A stretch of 64,000 nucleotides of DNA from Candidatus Sulfomarinibacteraceae bacterium (GTDB lineage: Bacteria; Acidobacteriota; Thermoanaerobaculia; Thermoanaerobaculales; Sulfomarinibacteraceae): NCBI GenBank assembly GCA_963714895.1, contig CAVQQC010000016.1, positions 106,133-170,132 of the forward strand, in the 5' to 3' direction. Below are positions 60,242 to 64,000 of this stretch, one piece after another (positions within the stretch are counted from its first letter, which is position 1; every line of letters begins with the position of its first letter). The translations under genes and the position numbers were made by a program. The notes under the pieces are model-generated. The model was not told the DNA's origin, did no database searches, and was given only the letters and a program-made list of their open reading frames with translations.

Positions 60242-62366
60242 TTGGGACCATCCCAAGGTTCGGTCGGAGCATGTCAGCCGTAAGGCTGTCGTGTATCTCA
60301 GGCAGTCATCGATGAAACAGGTCCGGGAAAACCTCGAGAGCCAGCGCCTTCAGTACGCCCTGGCAGACCGCGCGCGGAAAGCCGGATTTGCCGAGGTCGA
60401 GGTCATCGACCGCGACCTCGGCGTCAGTGCGGCGGTCGGTTCCGATCGCGAGGGATTTGAGCGCCTGGTTTCGGAGGTTGCGCTGGGCCAGGTCGGTGCC
60501 GTGGTTTCTCGAGAGGTCTCCCGGCTTTCGAGGACCGACAAGGACTGGTGCCATTTACTGGAGGTCTGTCAGGTCTTCGACACCCTGATCATGGACGAGG
60601 ACCAGGTCTACGACCTCAGCGAGATCGACGACCAGCTCGTGCTCGGCATCAAGGGCACGATGAGTGTCGTGGAGCTGAAGGTGCTGCGAATGCGAATGCT
60701 CCGAGGTCGCGAGGAGAAGGCCCGGCGCGGGGAGCTCAGAACCCGCCTAGCGCCGGGCTTCGCCTACGACTCGACCGGCAAGATGGTGCTGCATCCTGAT
60801 CAAAGAGTTTTTGACGCGATCTCGCGAATCTTCCGAAAGTTCCGCGAGCTGTGGAGCGCGCGCCAGGTCTTCATGTGGTTTCATGACAACGAAATCATGG
60901 TCCCGGTCAACCGCTGGGGAGGAGGACCTGCCGAGCTGGAATGGAAGCTACCGACGCTCAGCTTCATCCAGGACGTCCTGCGCAATCCGGTCTACGCCGG
61001 GGCATACGTTCATGGTCGGCGACCGGTCGAAACCGTGTTCGAGGACGGCAAGCTCGCCAAACGAGCGGGGAGCCCGAGAGAGCCAGAGGACTGTCACGTC
61101 TTCCTGCGGAATCATCACGAAGGTTATATTGACTGGCAGGAGTATGAGCTCAATCGCAAGCGGCTGCGACGAAACTGTATGAGATTCGAAAGCGATCCGG
61201 CGACCGCGGCGGTTCGTGGTGGTCACGGCCTGTTGGGCGGTGTCCTGCGCTGCGGGCATTGCGGTCGCAAGCTCCAGGTGCGCTACTGGGGGAAGAAGGG
61301 GACCACACCTCGCTACTTCTGCAAGGGCGACTACGATAGCGGCGGCGCCTACTGTCTGTCCTTCGGTGGTCACAAGGTTGATCAGCGCTTCTCCGAGGAG
61401 GTCTTAAGGGTGCTCTCCCCGCTGGGGATCGAGGCCGGCCTGCGGGCGACACAGGAGCTCCGATCACAGCATGAGGATCGAGTGCAGGCGCTCAAGCTCG
61501 AGCTCGAACAGCTCGACTACGAGGTTCGGCGGGCGTTCGAGCAGTACGACGAAGTCGACCCGAGGAACCGGTTGGTCGCGGCCGAGCTCGAACGCCGGTG
61601 GAATGCCAAGCTCGAAGAGCAGAATCGGGTTCGGCAAAACCTGATTGCGGTGGATGCGGATCGGCAGCCGGTCACTTCGGAGGTCGAGGCGAAGCTTCGC
61701 AATCTCGGTGAGAATTTCACGCTGGTCTGGAATGATCCCGGTTGCCCGGTCGAACTGAAGAAGAAGGTCGTACATACGCTCATCGAGGAGATCACCGTCA
61801 CGCTCGACAACGATGTCGCAACGCTTCGATTCGTCGTTTACTGGAAAGGCGGCTGCCACACCGAGTTGGCACTGGAAAAGCCTCGGCCGGCTACCGCCAC
61901 GAAAACCTGTTCAGACGCGCTGGAAATCATTTGCAAGATGGCCTCAAACTACGGCGACGGACAGATCGCCGCCGTCCTCAACAAGTCAGGACTCCGCACC
62001 GGCAAAGGCAAACGCTGGACTCAGACCCGCGTCGCGACGGCCCGCAGGAACCACTTGGTTACCGGCCAACGATCGATGATTCCAGACTCCGATATCCTCA
62101 CCCTCAGTCATGCGGCAAAGCACTGCGACGTCAGCCAGCACACGATCCAGCAGCTCGTGAAATGTGGTCTCCTGGAAAACAACCAGGTCGTCCCGCACGC
62201 GCCGTGGGAAATCAGGAGAGAGGATCTCGAATCCGAACCCATCCGAATAGCCCTGGTACACCTCAAAAGGACCGGCAAACTGTCCCCGATGGGGGGTCAT
62301 TTACGATCCCAAATAGCACTTCCTCTTGAAAACAAAGAAGATGATAACGAGGGGTATTATGAGTGA
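60234..62366 (+). CDS. Large serine recombinase (resolvase, recombinase, Zn-ribbon, coiled coil, C-terminal HTH)
   Basis: VYLRQSS, EVSRLSR, LRNPVYAG, LLGGVLRCGHCG..YFC, LTLSHAAKHCDVS. Confidence 0.95.
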   Translation: MSDWDHPKVRSEHVSRKAVVYLRQSSMKQVRENLESQRLQYALADRARKAGFAEVEVIDRDLGVSAAVGSDREGFERLVSEVALGQVGAVVSREVSRLSRTDKDWCHLLEVCQVFDTLIMDEDQVYDLSEIDDQLVLGIKGTMSVVELKVLRMRMLRGREEKARRGELRTRLAPGFAYDSTGKMVLHPDQRVFDAISRIFRKFRELWSARQVFMWFHDNEIMVPVNRWGGGPAELEWKLPTLSFIQDVLRNPVYAGAYVHGRRPVETVFEDGKLAKRAGSPREPEDCHVFLRNHHEGYIDWQEYELNRKRLRRNCMRFESDPATAAVRGGHGLLGGVLRCGHCGRKLQVRYWGKKGTTPRYFCKGDYDSGGAYCLSFGGHKVDQRFSEEVLRVLSPLGIEAGLRATQELRSQHEDRVQALKLELEQLDYEVRRAFEQYDEVDPRNRLVAAELERRWNAKLEEQNRVRQNLIAVDADRQPVTSEVEAKLRNLGENFTLVWNDPGCPVELKKKVVHTLIEEITVTLDNDVATLRFVVYWKGGCHTELALEKPRPATATKTCSDALEIICKMASNYGDGQIAAVLNKSGLRTGKGKRWTQTRVATARRNHLVTGQRSMIPDSDILTLSHAAKHCDVSQHTIQQLVKCGLLENNQVVPHAPWEIRREDLESEPIRIALVHLKRTGKLSPMGGHLRSQIALPLENKEDDNEGYYE

Positions 62367-62571
62367 GTCGTCATCACGCACCATGCCAGCACACTCCATC
62401 CATCACGTGTCTTCGTTTCTCGCACGGTGTCGATGAACTCGACCGCTTCCTCAGGATTCGCGAATATCGGTTCGCCGCTCGCAACCCGGTTGTACACATG
62501 GTACAAACCACCTTCGATCTCGACCCTCGCCCTTCGAACCATAGATTTTTCCCTGTTCGGGAAAGCTATCA

Positions 62572-62817
62572 CAACTTTCTAAGTTTCTAAAGCCTGGCAC
62601 CGATAATGGCACCGATAAGAAACTCCACCATTATCTCCACAGGCAGGATAGAGCATCACGACCAGCAGGATGATGACGATGGTGGTTGCGACGATGATGG
62701 TGACGATGACGACGGTGGTGGGCGTGACCACCATCATGATGATGGTGATGTTGATCAGCAGCGAAGTGAACGGCCGGCGCCGGCCTCGGTCAACTTTCTA
62801 AGTTTCTAAAGCCTGGC
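62572..62817 (+). repeat. 27-bp exact direct repeat, each copy followed by a short tandem duplication
   Basis: CAACTTTCTAAGTTTCTAAAGCCTGGC at 62572-62598 and 62791-62817, followed by (TGGCACCGATAA)x2 and (TGGCTCTGATT)x2. Confidence 0.92.
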
Positions 62818-62842
62818 TCTGATTTGGCTCTGATTCGCCAAG

Positions 62843-63136
62843 GTGGGGAATTTTGCATCGTACTGCCGTTTGGTGAAGTCGGATCGGTTCAGCAACGGTA
62901 AGCGAAAGGGCTCAGGCAACTCCAAAAACGGCAACCCCAATTTGTCTTGGGCTTTCTCGGAAGCTGCCCATTTCGCGGTGCGTTACTACGAGCCTGCCAA
63001 AAAGTTCGTGCAACGGAAACGATCCAAGACCAACGGCATCGTGGCGATCAGAGCTTTGGCTCACAAGCTGGCGAGAGCGTCGTACTACGTCATGAAAGAT
63101 CAAGTGGACTTCGATCCCGATAAAACGTTTTCATAA
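62843..63136 (+). pseudogene. IS110 transposase C-terminal fragment
   Basis: FASYCRLV..SNG..KNGNPNLSWAFSEAA..ALAHKLARASYY; the DEDD N-terminal domain is missing. Confidence 0.85.
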
Positions 63137-63139
63137 TGT

Positions 63140-63480
63140 TGCGGACCGGGGCGGAAGCGAGGATAGGTGCCTGGAAAAACCACCGAGCCTGAGTCGATCC
63201 GCCCCGGTTTCCGCACCCCTTGCTCGACCTGCGCGCCGACTGTGAGCCAAGAGGTGTTGGCGCCCTTCGGGGTAGCCCGTAGTCTGTCATTCCTCAACCG
63301 CGTGGACACAGCCGGCAGAGCTCGAGGACTTTCTGGGGCGCCGAATGGCGCCAGGGGCCGAGGACCTCGTACGGAGATCCTCATCGCCTTGATCCTGATG
63401 GGTGGCTGGTGCAGTCGACTGCTGACACCAACCCGATTGAACGTCCGGCCGCGTGGGGAGACCATAGGGTGACTTCTCAT
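63140..63480 (+). ncRNA. Candidate IS110 bridge/seek RNA
   Basis: Stem CCGGGGCGGA/TCCGCCCCGG encloses an internal loop whose two strands match both insertion flanks. The 3' boundary is uncertain. Confidence 0.6.
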
Positions 63481-64000
63481 CATGCCGCCACGGGAAAAGG
63501 CTGTGGAATCTGCGGAAAGCTGCCTCGCCTGCGGCGAGTCACCTTCCAGCAGCTCCCACAGCCACGACGACGACGGCGAGATGGGATCAAAAACTTGTTG
63601 ATGCAAACGTCAGGCGCACGCGGCACCCGTTTGGGAAAACTCTACCTACTTGACACGGGGCTTCTAATGGGTGGCACCTATTACGTTACAGCCACCCGGT
63701 GTCTTGAAGCGAAGTTTCGTAACTCTGTTTGAACGCGTCTGCATCAAAGTCCCGAAGCTTGAATTCTGGAATTCTCACTATAGCCCGAAGAAGTGCATGA
63801 GCAACCAGTTTTGTCTGGTTGAATTCGTCAGATTCACGAAAAATCTCGTATGGGATCTTTAGACGGAACTCAGCATCACGATCGCGTTTATGAAACTTCG
63901 TGGTCTCAGGATAATTGGTGTCCCCATCAGGGCGGAGAATCCCAATAAACGTCAGACTCGTTAAGGATTTTCCAAATCCGCTCGCCGAAAAATGTTCGTT

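Larger units (their letters stand above)
59753..62374 (+). mobile_element. 2,622-bp large-serine-recombinase element
   Basis: Flanked by direct CAT (59750-59752, 62372-62374). Removing it restores the RAYT frame. Confidence 0.92.
58949..62542 (-). pseudogene. RAYT-type HUH (Y1) transposase with C-terminal DnaA-like HTH, split by an inserted element
   Basis: N-part 62542-62372 (MVRRARV..YHVYNR..AWCVM) joins in frame to C-part 59749-58949 (SNHYHL..G.LWQSRY..YIHLNPV). The reconstructed ORF is 323 aa. Confidence 0.92.
62816..63673 (+). mobile_element. Internally deleted IS110-family element
   Basis: Transposase remnant, ~540-nt structured 3' non-coding region, TTGACA near the right end, and junctions AGCC-TG| and |TG-GCACCTAT. 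Confidence 0.7.

Noticed and set aside
59779-62366. Recombinase as a prophage or ICE integrase
   Set aside because: Both junctions are defined 2.6 kb apart; no phage, conjugation or replication genes inside.
62572-62817. 27-bp direct repeats as a CRISPR array
   Set aside because: Only two copies, a 192-nt spacer, and no cas genes in the window.

Overview
GC-rich bacterial chromosomal window. Gene content and C-terminal motifs suggest Acidobacteriota (Thermoanaerobaculia-like), which is an inference only. Scattered single-base frameshifts in conserved genes (M16 pair, GNAT-HDAC, sucD, metallophosphoesterase, DUF2959) look like long-read consensus errors. Gene content in order: coaX; an M16 protease pair; a GNAT-HDAC fusion and a KamA/2x ATP-grasp/GNAT operon; a secreted RCC1-repeat protein paired with a C39-RHS protein; sucCD; a candidate sRNA; addAB; sppA inside long inverted repeats; a Fur/MauG-like diheme/Tat metallophosphoesterase/cytochrome c operon; bfr; two Ser/Thr kinases; an orphan oleA; several REP families; and a 4-copy MITE. 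The last ~5 kb is a nested mobile region and the strongest novelty. A RAYT-type HUH transposase is split just before its H-x-H motif by a 2,622-bp serine-recombinase element, and the predicted circle junction of that element both rebuilds an attP-like palindrome and creates a start codon for its own first gene. Next to it, a truncated IS110 has a 3' ncRNA loop matching both of its insertion flanks, which are the RAYT-end motif AGCC-TG-GCACC.
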